Origin: Chiloscyllium plagiosum
Lineage: Eukaryota
Assembly (NCBI RefSeq): GCF_004010195.1
Contig: NC_057718.1
Coordinates: 5,871,110-5,935,109 of the forward strand
DNA length: 64,000 nt
Direction of reading: 5' to 3'
Part shown: piece by piece, positions 1-12,215 of the stretch
Position numbering within the stretch: the first letter of the stretch is position 1
Layout of the letters: every line of letters begins with the position of its first letter
Program-made: the position numbers and the translations under genes
Notes under the pieces: generated by a model
Seen by the model: only the letters and a program-made list of their open reading frames with translations
The model's database searches: none
What the model was told of the DNA's origin: nothing

Positions 1-321
1 GGCTCTGGTAACACCAAAATGGCAACATCACATGTGGCCCAATACACAACTCAATAGACAATAGACAATAGGTGCAAGTGTAGGCCATTCTGCCCTTCGA
101 GCCAGCACCACCATTCATTATGATCATGGCTGATCATCCTCAGTTAGTATCCTGTTCCTGCCTTATCCCCATAACCCTCGATTCCACTATCCTTAAGAGC
201 TCTATCCAACTCTTTCTGGAAAGTATCCAGAGACTTGGCCTCCACAGCCTTCTGGGGCAGAGCATTCCACACACCCACCACTCTCTGGGTGAAGAAGTTT
301 CTCCTCAGCTCTGTTCTAAAT

Positions 322-845
322 TTTGGGAGAAGATTTGTAACTCGGGTGCTCGTTGTTGTGGTTCTGTTCGCCGAGTTGGGAACTTGTGTTGCAGACGTTT
401 CGTCCCCTCTCTAGGTGACATCCTCAGTGCTTGGGAGCCTCCTGTGAAGCGCTTCTGTGATGTTTCCTCCGGCATTTGTAGTGGTTTGAATCTGCTGCTT
501 CCGGTTGTCAGTTCCAGCTGTCCGCTGCAGTGACCGGTATATTGGGTCCAGATCGATGTGCTTATTGATTGAATCTGTAGTTGAGTGCCATGCCTCTAGG
601 AATTCCCTGGCTGTTCTCTGTTTGGCTTGTCCTATAATGTCCTGGTGAGTTGTTGTCTGAGAGTGGCTGTTGGTTTGTGTGCTGTTATGAGTCCTAGTGG
701 TTGCAGTAGTCTGGCTGTCAGTTCAGAAATGTTTTTGATATATGGTAGTGTGACTAGTCCTTTGGGTTGTGGCATGTCCTCATTCTGTTGTCTTTCCCTT
801 AGGCATCTGTTGATGAAATTGGGGGGGTGTCCGTTTTTGGTTCGG
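322..845 (-). mobile_element. Penelope-like element fragment (RT-GIY-YIG linker, internally deleted, plus terminal repeat)
   Basis: ORF 632-868(-) reads KNGHPPNFINRCL...VTLPYIKNISELTARLLQPLGLITAHKPTATLRQQL, a typical PLE linker. It is followed by AREFLEAWHS...INKHIDLDPIY, the GIY-YIG C-terminus. Confidence 0.85.
391..430 (-). ncRNA. Minimal hammerhead ribozyme motif in PLE terminal repeat
   Basis: Minus strand reads GCA-CTGAGGA-T-GTCaCCT-AGAG-AGGgGAC-GAAAC-GTC-TGC: complete core, stem II, ACGT palindromic stem III, 3-bp helix I and GUC cleavage triplet. Confidence 0.8.
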
Positions 846-1549
846 GACTCACCCATCAGCGGAAACATGCTTCCTGCCTCCAGAGTGTCGAATCCTTTAA
901 TAATCTTATATGTCTCAATCAGATCCCCTCTCAGCCTTCTAAACTCAAGGATATATAAGCCCAGTCACTCCAATCTTTCAACGTAAGATAGTCCCGCCAT
1001 TCTGGGAATTGACCTGGTGAACCTACGCTGCACTCCCTCAATAGCCAGAATGTCTTTCCTCATTTACCATTCCTATGTTCTGCAATATATTCTTCACAAC
1101 CGGATAATAAACATAGCAATACAGTGTGTGCTTTATCCTCAGAGACTTGATTCAACACTAGAATCTGCTTATAGAATGCCAAATAGAAATATGTTTCGTT
1201 TGGATAGAAACCCACTCATTTCTTCTCTACGGAAATTCTCAAATTGTTCTGAGTCACCAAAACAGAAAACAGGTTTTCCCAACCCCACTCTAATTAACGG
1301 CCTATTTACCCTTTGTTTCTTAGCTGTTTATCCCAATATCAAGCCCAAGTCACATCAGCATTTCTTGAAAAATTAAAATGTAATAATAATCAAGAAACCA
1401 ACTAACCGATTAATCCTCTTTCAGAACACTACCCGGCATTCTGAGTTTCAGGATATGTGAAAATAAAGAAATGCATGTTTTCTAAAGGTCAAAGGTCAGT
1501 TCAGGAATTACAATTCATGTTACTAAATTAATAGTGTCCCATCTTAACT

Positions 1550-1870
1550 GCAGAGGTTACAGCCTAGCAGTACTGTTGTCCAGGGTAATAACCTGTGGTT
1601 TGAATCTCATTATGGTAACTGATGGAATTTGAATTCAACAAAAATCTGGAAATAAGAGTTGAATGATGATCACAAAACTGTTGTTGATTGTTTAAAGCAA
1701 AACTCCATCTGGTTCACTGATGCTCTTTAGAGAAGGAAACTGCATCCTTACCTGGTCTGGCCTGTATGTGATTCCAGCACTGTGGCTGACTGCTGACTAC
1801 CTCTGGGTAATTAGGAATGGGCAATCAATGCTGGCCCAGCCAGCAATACCTGCATCCCACAATTGAATGT
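1550..1870 (+). mobile_element. tRNA-derived SINE family 2 (non-HE1)
   Basis: Body ggaatttgaattca...catctggttcact...ttacctggtctggcc recurs at 3150-3435(-), 10000-10305(-), 15716-16715(+) and 33940-34120(+). Confidence 0.7.
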
Positions 1871-1945
1871 TAGACAACAGCCTAAACACAGCAGTTAGTA
1901 ATGAGACATCTCACCCCTTCATAGCATGAGGCAAAAGGGAACAGT

Positions 1946-2069
1946 AGGAGAAAGTGAGGACTGCAGATGCTGGAGATCAGAGTCGAGTGTGTGGTGCTGG
2001 AAAAGCACAGCAGGTCAGGCAGCATCCGAGGAGCAGGAGAATCGACGTTTCAGGCAAAAGACCTGCGTT
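1946..2069 (-). mobile_element. PLE terminal-repeat insertion (family A), truncated before the CUGAUGA core
   Basis: gagaaagtgaggactgcagatgctggagatcag repeat, flanked by agggaacag(t/a)agg at 1936-1948 and 2070-2082. Confidence 0.75.
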
Positions 2070-2836
2070 AGGGAACAGAAGGTCTAACATATCAGATGGC
2101 AATTCATATACGATAGAAAATGAACACTAGTGAGTGTACTTCCTTTCTTGCATTGGCCAAGATCTCATATGCAGCATTGTTTGCATAGAAGAAACAGATA
2201 CCTGTGTGATTCTAAGCAATGTCTGGAAGTCTGTAAAGAGAGGAGACAGAAATTCTAATGCAAACTGATAGACCAGCCTAACTGACCCAAGAATTTTTCA
2301 TTACCTCCTGATGTCCGAACATCTACGTTCAGTACATCTGCATAAGTGAGTGGCATTCACAGAGTGAAACCATCAGTTTGTCTTCCCAGATTCTTACTGT
2401 AATATCCCAATGGAGAGGTGGAAATCTTTTTGTCTTTTCACACAAGGCCAAAATGAGTGTCTATCCAGACGAGTCAAGCTCAAAGTTGCTGTCACATTTT
2501 TCCACTTTGAGCAATTCTCAGAAAGCAATGATATAAGAGGAAAGAGCTGTACAGTATCTTGTATTCCATCAGAAACACCTGCAAGCAGTTTATGTATGGA
2601 CGATAGCAAACTGTAGTGATGTTATTTAAATGAACACAGCAGCCATTCTGAACAAAATAAAATCCCTCAAAATGTAATGAGTTGAAGGGCTTGTTAAGCT
2701 TTTGCTGATATTGCTTTTGGCACAGGGATCTGATAGTGTAGATGGGATGATGGTTGAGTGAGGGTTGTTGCTGAAGATACAAGGATAACCCCCTGATCTT
2801 CTTCGGCATCATTGAGATCTTTCAAGGAAGTGAGGT

Positions 2837-3148
2837 GGGCGACACGGTGGCTCAGTGGTTAGCACTGTAGCCTCACAGCACCAGGGACCCAGTTTCAATT
2901 CTAGCCTCGGGTGGCTGTCTGTGTGGATTTTGCACATTCTCCTTGTGTCATGTGGGTTTGCTCCGGGTGCTCCGGTTTCCTCCCACAGTCACAAAGATGT
3001 ACAGGTCAGGTGAATTGGCCGTGCTAAATTGCCCGTAGTGCTAGGTGCATTAGTCAGAGGGAAATGGGTCTGTGTAGGTGACTCTTCAGAGGGTGGGTGT
3101 GGACTTGCTGGGCCAAAAGGCCTGTTACCACACGGTAGGGAATCTAAT
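2837..3148 (+). mobile_element. HE1-type V-SINE
   Basis: tRNA-like head (gtggctcagtggttagc...tttcaattc), V-domain (tgcacattctcc...ccgggtgctccggtttcctcccac) and CR1-like tail. Confidence 0.9.
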
Positions 3149-3149
3149 T

Positions 3150-3436
3150 CCAATTGTCCAGAGAGCAGTTAAGAGTCAGCCACATTGCTGTGGGCCTGGA
3201 GTTACATGTAGGCCAGACCAGGCAGTTGGATGGCAGTTTCCTTCCCTTAAGGATATTATTGCAAAAGATTTTTTTTATGACAATGGATTAATGATTATCA
3301 TTAGACTGTTACGTCCTGATTTATATCGAATTCAAGCTCACCATCTGCTGTGGTGGGATTTGAGCACAGGTCTCTAGGATATTACCTGGGTCTCTGGATT
3401 AATAGTCAAGAAATACTATCACTATGCCATTGCCTC
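3150..3436 (-). mobile_element. tRNA-derived SINE family 2
   Basis: Reverse-complement similarity to 1550-1870 and 15716-15922. Confidence 0.65.
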
Positions 3437-4762
3437 CCCTACGCGCAAGCTCTATACACAGGAAACATAGGCAGCACCATTTGAAGTGTAATTCCACATA
3501 ATACTTCAAGCAGAAGCTGAATTAAGACATCTTTGCCCACAGGGATGAGTTCGCAGAAAGTTACGTAATCAATATGACTTGTTATCCTCCTGAAATGGGA
3601 GGATTTTATACCCCCCACACTGCTAACATCTGTATTCAGTACAACCAAACATGAGATGCACTTCGAGTAACACAGTACTGGCACAACTTCAACAGGACTT
3701 CATTCCTTGCCAGAGGCTGCCTTTAACTCTTCCTCTGTACACAACATTAACTTGTCTTTAACACTGTGATGTCGATCAATAATCTGGACACGACATCCTT
3801 TTTCAGCTTTATTCCATCCAAATGTCCCATTATGGCTGTTTGTGTAAAGTTTATGAGTGGATTGCACTGAGATGAATTGTGCTGAAGATTACTTTTCCTC
3901 TGTAACTTTCTCATTTTGAAATGCAGTCAGCCTTTATGTAAACAAATGCTATTGTAACTAAGGCAACCACTTTTCCAAACCATTGCAGCAAAACAAAGTA
4001 AACAACCACGTTGTCCAGTGATGCAAACAATTAGGATTAATTGGCTTCAATCAAGAGCTCATTTATAATTACTGATTCAGGCAGAGTGAAATATTATATT
4101 GCAGTGTTTGTAGTAAATGTCATGTTATATCTGTCTTCTCATGTCCAGATCCAACTTGCGGCATTGATCCCTGACTAAGAGTTCAGAATCCATCAGCCTT
4201 ATGTAAGTGACGAGTCGCGATGCTAATATTGCAAAACACAGTGATGGGTGGCATTATCTCATAATCTGATGATTGGGGGAGCGGTGGATTCTACTAAATG
4301 AAAGCTATTCCGTCATTTGGCTCACTAGCCAATGGAATAAAGCAGCCCATGGAAATCAAGTTGAAACAATCCCTTGCATCTCTCTGGAATTCATTTGAGA
4401 GTTGACATTTAGATAAAGATGCCAGATTTGTTGGACATGAATCAAGTGAAGGCAGCTGGAGTGAGATGATACCCTATTATTCAGGCACTATGCTCACTCT
4501 AACCCTTGTTCTCCAAATGTCCTGTTGATATAAACTTATTTTGATTTACCTTTAACAACAATGTTATTGAATGCAATTCTACTTGAATGCAAATTGTTTC
4601 CACAACTGAATACTTCATTGCAAAACGTGCTGTGTTAACCATATAGGGACAGAATAGGCTTGCACATGGTATCAGACCAGATCTATTTCCTCCCTGAAGG
4701 AATTCTTGACTTGCATTTTCTTCTGCAAACAGCCTGCAACTTTCTTGAATTCATTTTCACTC

Positions 4763-4950
4763 CAGCTGGTTCTGCTGTAATGCGATTGGAGAAGTTCAAC
4801 AGTTATTTGTACAATGCGAACTGTCCTTACCTGTATTGGCTGTAATGTGATTTTGTTCCCACTGGTTTAAACAGTGCTGCTATTCCGTGACTTTCTTACA
4901 ATGCGGGATTGCACGGGAATGGAGGTATCACATTATATCAGAGCAGACTG
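4763..4950. mobile_element. Tc1/mariner-pogo (Tigger-like) MITE
   Basis: 24-bp imperfect TIRs CAGCTGGTTCTGCTGTAATGCGAT / CAGTCTGCTCTGATATAATGTGAT (17/24 match), with TA on the right flank. Confidence 0.6.
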
Positions 4951-5013
4951 TATTTGTTCTGGTGATACAGGGCCCTGTGAGTTCTGAGGATCTCAGCTGC
5001 TATGATATACAAT

Positions 5014-5198
5014 ATCAGTAATTTACTGGGTTACAGTTTCATTTGGCATCAACTCCCACTGCTTTCTCTCCTTATAGAACATAGAAGAATACAGCGCAGT
5101 ACAGGCCCTTTGGCCCTCGATGTTGCGCCGATCCAAATCAGTAATTTACTGGGTTACAGTTTCATTTGGCATCAACTCCCACTGCTTTCTCTCCTTAT
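5014..5198. repeat. Perfect 62-bp direct repeat flanking a 61-bp CR1 3' tail
   Basis: 5014-5075 is identical to 5137-5198. The insert agaacatagaagaatacagcgcagtacaggccctt is a minus-strand CR1 3' end. Confidence 0.85.
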
Positions 5199-5634
5199 CT
5201 AAAATTCCTGTTTACAAGTCACATATCGATTGATGAAAACACCATTGAACTCATAGATCCTCAGCTGACAAGCACATTCTGTTAAAAGTCAGAATATGGA
5301 AAGCTTCCCACCTATAGTCAAAATGACCAAGGATGTAATTCAGGTCCTACCATCTTATTTAATGAGATCTGCTCATGCGATCAGAAATTGAAATTATGAG
5401 TTTGTTCTTTCTGTATTGTTCAAGGTCCTCACTTGGCACGGGCCAATCTTTGATTTTCAGTTATTTCAATTTCATGTGCCAAATTGTTAGTTAGCAATAG
5501 CATTCCTGTCTAATGTGGCTCTTCTTCCCAATTCTAAAGTACACTCATATTGGATTAGAAATGTTAACTCTACTTTTTTCTTTCTTCATAGATACTGCCA
5601 GACTTGATGAGTATATTCAGCATTTTCTGCGTTT

Positions 5635-6080
5635 CTTCACCCTAGTTGCCCTTGAGAAGATGGGGGTGAGCTGCCTTTTTGAACTGCTGCAGTCCACCCA
5701 CTGTAGGTTAACCCACAATGCTGTTAGAGAGGGAATTCCAGGATTTTGATCGACTGACACTGAAAGAACAACCATATATTTCCATTGAGGGTTGAGAGGT
5801 TTGGAGGGGACCTTTCAGGGAGTGGTGTTCCCTTGTATCTGCTGCCCTTATTATTGGAAGTGGTCATGAGTTTGTGAGATGCTGTCTGAGGAGACGAGGC
5901 TGCTGTGCACTTTGTAGATGGCCCACACTGTTGCTACTGTGAGTCAGTAGTGGAGGAAGTGGATGCTTGTGGATGTGGTGCCAGTCAAATAGGCTACTTT
6001 GGCCTAGATGGTGTCAAACTTGAGTGTTATTGCCATAGCACTCATACAGGCAAGTGAATATATTAATACCATTATTACCC
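5635..6080 (-). mobile_element. CR1/L2-group LINE 3' fragment (second family)
   Basis: Same family as 19085-19525, 20420-20620, 32880-33530 and 53000-53760 (agttgcccttgagaag...gagctgcctt motif). Confidence 0.65.
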
Positions 6081-6519
6081 CTAAATATGAAAGTTGTATA
6101 TTCACATTTCTTTCCAGAACATAAGTACGTAGGGTGATACATCTGTATAATCCAGTACTGAGGGACTGTTGCATTGTTGGATATGCCATTGTTTCAAATA
6201 AGATTTTACAATGGAGCCCACTTGACTTTGTTGGAGAGCTAGGTTTAGAGTATTCTTTGCAAAACCATCAAGGGCTGTGAAGGCTCACTTTCCAAGTTGT
6301 ACCAACAGTTCCAAGAACACATTATGTTTGCTATAGAGTTGTTTATGGTTCACAAGGAGGCCATTTGACCAGTGAGTTAACGCTGGCTCCACACAGAGCA
6401 TTCCAGTCACTCCCACTCCTCCTCTCAGTCCACATTATTACACAACCATTCAACCAATCTGGAAATGTTGTACCACACCAATGGGGCAGATGGAACTTGA
6501 ACCCAGGTTTTCTAGCTCA

Positions 6520-6645
6520 GAGTCAGAAGTCACATGACACCAGATTATAGTCCAACAGGTTTATTTGAAATCACAAGTTTTCAGAGTGTAGCTCTTTTAT
6601 CAGGTGAGGTGAGAGAGAAGCACACAGACACAGAATTTATAGGCA
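6520..6645 (-). mobile_element. PLE terminal-repeat fragment (family B), degenerate hammerhead
   Basis: ttatagtccaacaggtttatttg...atcaggtg matches the copies at 35343-35729 and 49481-49742. Confidence 0.65.
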
Positions 6646-7049
6646 GAGTGATGAATGGGCAGAGATAGAGATAGAGATACTACCACTATGCGACAAGTGT
6701 CCTTAACGCAATGAAAATGTATTTTCTCAGGTGCCCATTAACTTTCCTTTACAAATTTTTGATTAGTTCCTCATCTGTAACCCTTTCTGGCATTAGATTC
6801 TAAGTCATTGTCAGTTATTGCAGAAAAATCTTTCCCTCATACTTTCTCTGCAACTGTGGGCCTAAATATTAAATCTGTGTTTCGTTAGAATAGCCACATG
6901 GCCATTCTATATTCCGCTCTTTAGGGGTCTTTTATCAAATGCTACATTTTGATACCATCTGTAATTAAAGCTGCAAGACTCGTTAAAGCATGATAAGGAA
7001 GGTGCTCAAGGTATCGAATTGGAGAGAGTGAGGAAGCAATGTACCAGTA

Positions 7050-7470
7050 TGGTTTCAGTTATGAAGCTCGATTAAGGAAGTTGGGACTCTTTTCCTTGGA
7101 GAGAAGAGGGCTGAAAGGAGATTTGCTAGAAGCTTTCAAAGCCATGTGCAGGTTGGGTCGCGTGGATAAGGAGAAACTGCTCCTGCTCGTCAAAGGATCA
7201 AGAACAAAAGGGCTTTGATTTAAAATGGTCTGCAATCAAATTAAGGGTGATACGAGAAAAATACTTTTCTACACGGCAAGTAGTGAGGGTATCTAATGCA
7301 CTGTCTGGAAATATGGTGGAGGCAGGATCATTGAGGCATTCAGGAGGGGCGTTGGATGGTTATTTGTTTAGAAATGGTGTGCAGAGATGTGGGGAAAAGG
7401 GAGGACGTTGGCAATCAATAATAGAGTCTGTAGAGTCACGATGGGCAGAATGGCTTTCTTCTGCACCACA
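7050..7470 (+). mobile_element. Old CR1 3' fragment
   Basis: LGLFSLERRGLKGDLLEAFK-type ORF2 C-terminus followed by a CR1 3' UTR. Confidence 0.7.
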
Positions 7471-8951
7471 AATATTGGTATTTTCAGTTGATGGTAAGAC
7501 ATCAGGGCAACCACTTTGCTTCTGGGCAGGAATGTGTCAGTAGCCCTCTGGATACAACAAGAATTGGAAAATGTGTGGGCCATACAGAGAGTCAGGCCAA
7601 CTCAAAACAGGAGAAGAACGAGGACAGGAAAATTTCTCCGCCAAATTACCGAATTTTGTAATTATGTTATCACGGATTGTTACAGTGCAGAAGGAATGCC
7701 CATCCTCTCTTCACATCTCTTCTCCTGAGTGTTGGCTGTGTTTTGAAGCAGTTTATTTATTAAAAACACTTTCCCCTTGTGGTGAGGTGGACATTGGGTC
7801 ACAAAATTTGGTTTGCGGATCAACTTGATTTTATAAACAAAACATTCCTTATTAAAACACTATGTCACTGTTTCCCAAACTCCCACAGTATTTACTCTTT
7901 ATCTGACTCTATTTCGGAGAAAGGATATTGCTCAAAATGACCGACATGTTTGAGCTGGGCCGTTGGAATCTCTTTTCTCTCTGACATAGGGCTGGCTCTC
8001 TTCAACAAAGGCAGGTCTCACAGGTCAGGGCAGAGCTTCTCCTGGGTCTTCTTGTGTTGCCGTATGGTCTTCCACCATGAGCCTTTCTGTGAGTCTTCAT
8101 TGACCCTGCCCCTTCCAAAATGTTCTGTGGCCTTTGGCCAATAGGATTATGAGCAGAGCACAAAGCATCTAATGGGGTTGTGTCAACACCCTTCACTGTT
8201 GCCATTCCGGGAAAGTATAAACTGCACGTCCTCAGGCAACTGCTGGAAGTCAAGGTGCCAGAAAATCTGATTGATACTCCTCCAATGCACAACCCTGCAC
8301 TGGTTCCCGTGAACCATTGTGACCTCTTTGACTTTGGCTTCCATTGTCTTCTGTAGCTGGCTGCTGTCTAATTTATTTTGGCTAATTTTCTGTCAGGCCT
8401 GATTTCTCCAACTGTGGGTCAATTTAGAATGTCCATATTTGGAGGAACTTGTCATAGTGAAAGTGGTTGAGTCGTAAAGGACACTGCTACTGCAGAAGCT
8501 AGAAATCTGATACAAAAACGGAAAATGCTGGAGAAACTCAGCAGGTCTGGCAGCAACTCTGGAGAGAGAGACAGAGAATTGGCACTTTCCATCCAATATT
8601 TATTATTTTTCTGAATTTACTCAAACCCTTGGTTCACTATCTGGATGGGTATATGAATGGGAAAGGTACAGAGGGCTATTGGCCAAATGTTGGCAATGGG
8701 AATAGATTAGGTTGGGATGTCTGGTCAGCATGAATGAGTAGGACCAAAGAGCCTGTTTCCATACTGTATGACTCTATAAGCTCCAACTCACCAATGAAGA
8801 TCCCCAGACACGTCATCTCCTCACCGCACCAACCACCACCCCCTCCCCCAGGACATCACCATGCCAGACTGGAAGCTACATGCTTCCTTTGACAATACAA
8901 ATGTCTCTGACGCAATTTCAACCCCCCCCCCCCCACCACCATGATACTGCT

Positions 8952-9240
8952 NNNNNNNNNNNNNNNNNNNNNNNNNNNNNNNNNNNNNNNNNNNNNNNNN
9001 NNNNNNNNNNNNNNNNNNNNNNNNNNNNNNNNNNNNNNNNNNNNNNNNNNNNNNNNNNNNNNNNNNNNNNNNNNNNNNNNNNNNNNNNNNNNNNNNNNNN
9101 NNNNNNNNNNNNNNNNNNNNNNNNNNNNNNNNNNNNNNNNNNNNNNNNNNNNNNNNNNNNNNNNNNNNNNNNNNNNNNNNNNNNNNNNNNNNNNNNNNNN
9201 NNNNNNNNNNNNNNNNNNNNNNNNNNNNNNNNNNNNNNNN
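8952..9240. other. Assembly gap (N run) flanked by C-rich low-complexity sequence
   Basis: 289 consecutive N, with C-rich flanks on both sides. Confidence 1.
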
Positions 9241-10459
9241 GTGCCCCCCCACCACTGCACCCTTGACCTGACTCCATAACCCTAGCCCAACAACACCCTA
9301 CACACCCCTGAACTGACACCAACACCCCCTACCACTGTGACCTGACCATCCCACATCCCCTCCCAGCTGCAGGGGGTACCTCAGCAAGAATGTCCACGAC
9401 AGGAGTCATTCTCAATGTAACTGCAGCTGCAGTCTGAGAAAGCATTGAAAATTCAGCAACAATGGAGAAATCAGATTCTGAACATCAAGAAACATTTCCA
9501 ATTTTCCAACTAAGCTTTAAAAACCATGTTAAATATCTCTTTTTTTTAAATTCACTCATTGGATATAGGTATCACTGGCTGAGCCAATATTTCTTGCCTG
9601 TCTCTAGTTTCCCTTGGAAAGGCAGTGGTGAGCTACTTTCTTGCATGATGTTCACTTTATTTCCATTTCATTATAGCCTTTACCCGCCTCATCTCTATGC
9701 AGCCCCCAAATCTTTTCTTGAGGATCTGAACAGCACTGACTTTCCAAATGAATGTCAGAACAATTACCTGTTGTCAGTAACTTGTTATTGACCGTCCAAG
9801 CTCTCAGTAAATTCTGTCTCCACCATAATGTCCCTGAACACTCCACCCCCTTTTCACACACAGTCCACGTACATGGGCATTGCCAAACCACCAACCTTAG
9901 TGCATTTCTAAAGCTACCGTCAGGCCAACTCACACACCACTCCAGCCCTTTGTTTTGGAGCTCAGGCATATTTCTGGCTTGTAGCCTCCCTGTTTTAATT
10001 ATTTATTCATTCACAGGATGAGGGTGTCACTGGCTAGTCCAGCTTTTGTTACCCAGAGCGCAGTTACATTGCTGTGGGTCTGGACAACTTGTCAGCTAGA
10101 CCAGGTAAGGATGGCCATTTCCTTCCTCAATGCCTTGTGATCCAGATGGATTCATGGTCATCATTAGACTTTTTATTCCAGATTTTTAAAAATATATTGA
10201 ATTCCAGAGTCACCATAGCAGGATTCGAACCCAGGTCCCCCACAACATCACCTGGGTCTCTGGATTAATGGTCAAGCAATAATACCACTGGGCCATCATG
10301 TCCCCCAACCAGGTTGTTGCCAGGTCAGCTTATCATACAAGAACTTAGTCAAACCTCATGCATCTCCACAGTTTGCATCATACGGCTCTTAAATTAGTTT
10401 CTGAGTCCTTGCCCACTTTATGGCAACCCCAGCGTCTTGCATTGGTTTTCAGTGAATTA

Positions 10460-10635
10460 CGTGAAAGTGTGGGCTGCAGATGCTGGAGATCAGAGTTGAG
10501 AGTGTGATGCTAGAAAAGCACAGCAGGTCAGGCAGCATTTGAGGAGCAGGAGAATTGACGTTTTGACACTTCGGATTCTCCTACTCCTCGGATGCTGCCC
10601 GACCTGCTGTGCTTTTCCAGCACCACACTCTTGAC
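10460..10635. mobile_element. PLE family A inverted-repeat insertion
   Basis: Two inverted arms, flanked by the 14-bp direct repeat ttttcagtgaatta (10446-10459, 10636-10649). Confidence 0.85.
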
Positions 10636-11244
10636 TTTTCAGTGAATTAGTTCAGTGAAGGGGGAGAGATAGCAGCTCATCACAGTTTGGCCCCTAAAGA
10701 GTAAAGGGGTAGACAAATTGTTACATGGTCCCATGTCATACCCCCAGCATGTGCTAGCAAAATCCACCTCATGCACTGAGGTGTGTGACCATGTTCAATG
10801 ACAAAAGGGGACAGTCCTTAATCTATTCAAGAGAGAATCCGGTCAGTCAGGGGCTACCATAGGGGTTCATCTGATCCCAGTCTGGGACAACAACTCCAAC
10901 AGGCTGGCTACATTAGTTGGGCCTTTGTGCACATAACATCGGGTCAGATATGAGCTAATTTCCCCCATTGTGGAACAAAGGGAGGGACTGAGTATGATGG
11001 AATTGGATGTGACAATTAGTTATTTACTTGCAGTGCGGGAGCAGGAGAGGGAGGGAGCTGGCCCAGTGAGTGTGTAGAAAGCTGAGAGGGCAAGAAGGGT
11101 GATTCATTTCAGGGAATGAGCTGGGTGAAGTGGACATGATGCCTGCAGTAGTGGGAGTCCCTGAGCCCTGACCAGGGATGTGGACAGCGACAGTGTTAGA
11201 CTGTGTGGTAGCCCTGTGTGGTAAACAGCAGGCAGAGAAGGTGA

Positions 11245-11455
11245 TAACACTTACTGTTGTGGAAGACAGAGCAGCTGTGCATCACCTTTTCCCTGGGACA
11301 CTGCACCAGCTGGTTGCTGCCACTACCTCGGTCCGAGCTGCTTCAGTCTGGTTGTGTGGCCTCCATTGCCAGTTGGTAGAATTCCTTTTCATCACCCTGT
11401 CCACCAGCATCTCTGGTCCCTGTTGATGAACAAGGAGCTAACTTGCCTTTCTGGG
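11245..11455 (-). pseudogene. Possible Harbinger Myb/SANT-like ORF remnant
   Basis: Broken minus-strand translation EMLVDRVMKRN...WRPHNQTEAARTEVVAATSWCSV ends at a GTAAGT donor. It resembles Harbinger Myb-like ORFs from memory only. Confidence 0.35.
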
Positions 11456-11479
11456 TCTTTTCTTGGAAACTTGAAAGGA

Positions 11480-11960
11480 TTCAGAAAAGATTTACAAGCA
11501 TGTTGCCAGGGTTGGAGGATTTGAACTATAGGGAGAGGTTGAATAGGCTTGGCTGTTTTCCCTGGAGCGTCGGAGGCTGAGTATTGACCTTATAGAGGTT
11601 TGTAAAATCATGGGGTCATGACTAAGGTAAATAGACAAGGTCTTTTCCCTGGGGTGGGGGGGTCCAGGACTAGAGGGCATAGGTTTAGGGTGAGAGGGGA
11701 AAGATATAAAAGAGACCTAAGGGGCAACTTTTTCACGCAGAGAGTGGTACGTGTATGGCATGGGCTACCAGAGGAAGCGGTGGAGGTTGGTACAATTGCT
11801 ACATTTAAAAAGCATCTGGATGGGTATATGAATAAGAAGATTTTGGAGGGATGGGTGCTGGCAGGTGGGACAAGATTGGGTTGGGATATCTGGTTTGGCA
11901 TGGACGGGTTGGACTGAGGGATCTGTTTCTGTGCTGTACATCTCTATGAATCTATGACTA
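11480..11960 (+). mobile_element. CR1 LINE 3' fragment
   Basis: ORF 11618-11917 reads SRTRGHRFRVRG...RGNFFTQRVVRVW...FKKHLDGYM, followed by a CR1 3' UTR. Confidence 0.9.
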
Positions 11961-11974
11961 ATTATGATGTGAAT

Positions 11975-12215
11975 CATCGAACCTCACACAGTGTGGACAC
12001 AGGTCATTCAGCTCATTGAGCCCACACCACATTCCAATAAGCATCCCACTCAGACCCACTTGCCTGCCTTTTCCCTGTAACACTCCATTTCCCATGGTTA
12101 ATCCACCTAACCTGCACATCTTTAGACTATGGGAGGAAACTGGAGCACCCGGAGGAAACCCCATGCAGACATGGGGAGAATGTGCTAACTCCACACAGAC
12201 AGTGAAAGTGTGATA
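11975..12215 (-). mobile_element. Degenerate HE1 SINE
   Basis: gggaggaaactggagcacccggaggaaacc is the V-domain on the minus strand. Confidence 0.8.

Larger units (their letters stand above)
52..1060 (-). mobile_element. CR1 LINE 3' fragment, interrupted by a Penelope-like element (322-845)
   Basis: (CAATAGA)n tail at 52-71, CR1-type 3' UTR, and ORF2 C-terminal remnant at 846-1060 on the minus strand. Confidence 0.8.

Noticed and set aside
7780..8350. Possible gag-like remnant (QQLPEDVQFILS) and LTR
   Set aside because: The similarity is too short and no termini or TSD were found.
8821..9325. Long ORFs across the gap
   Set aside because: They are artefacts of the N run.
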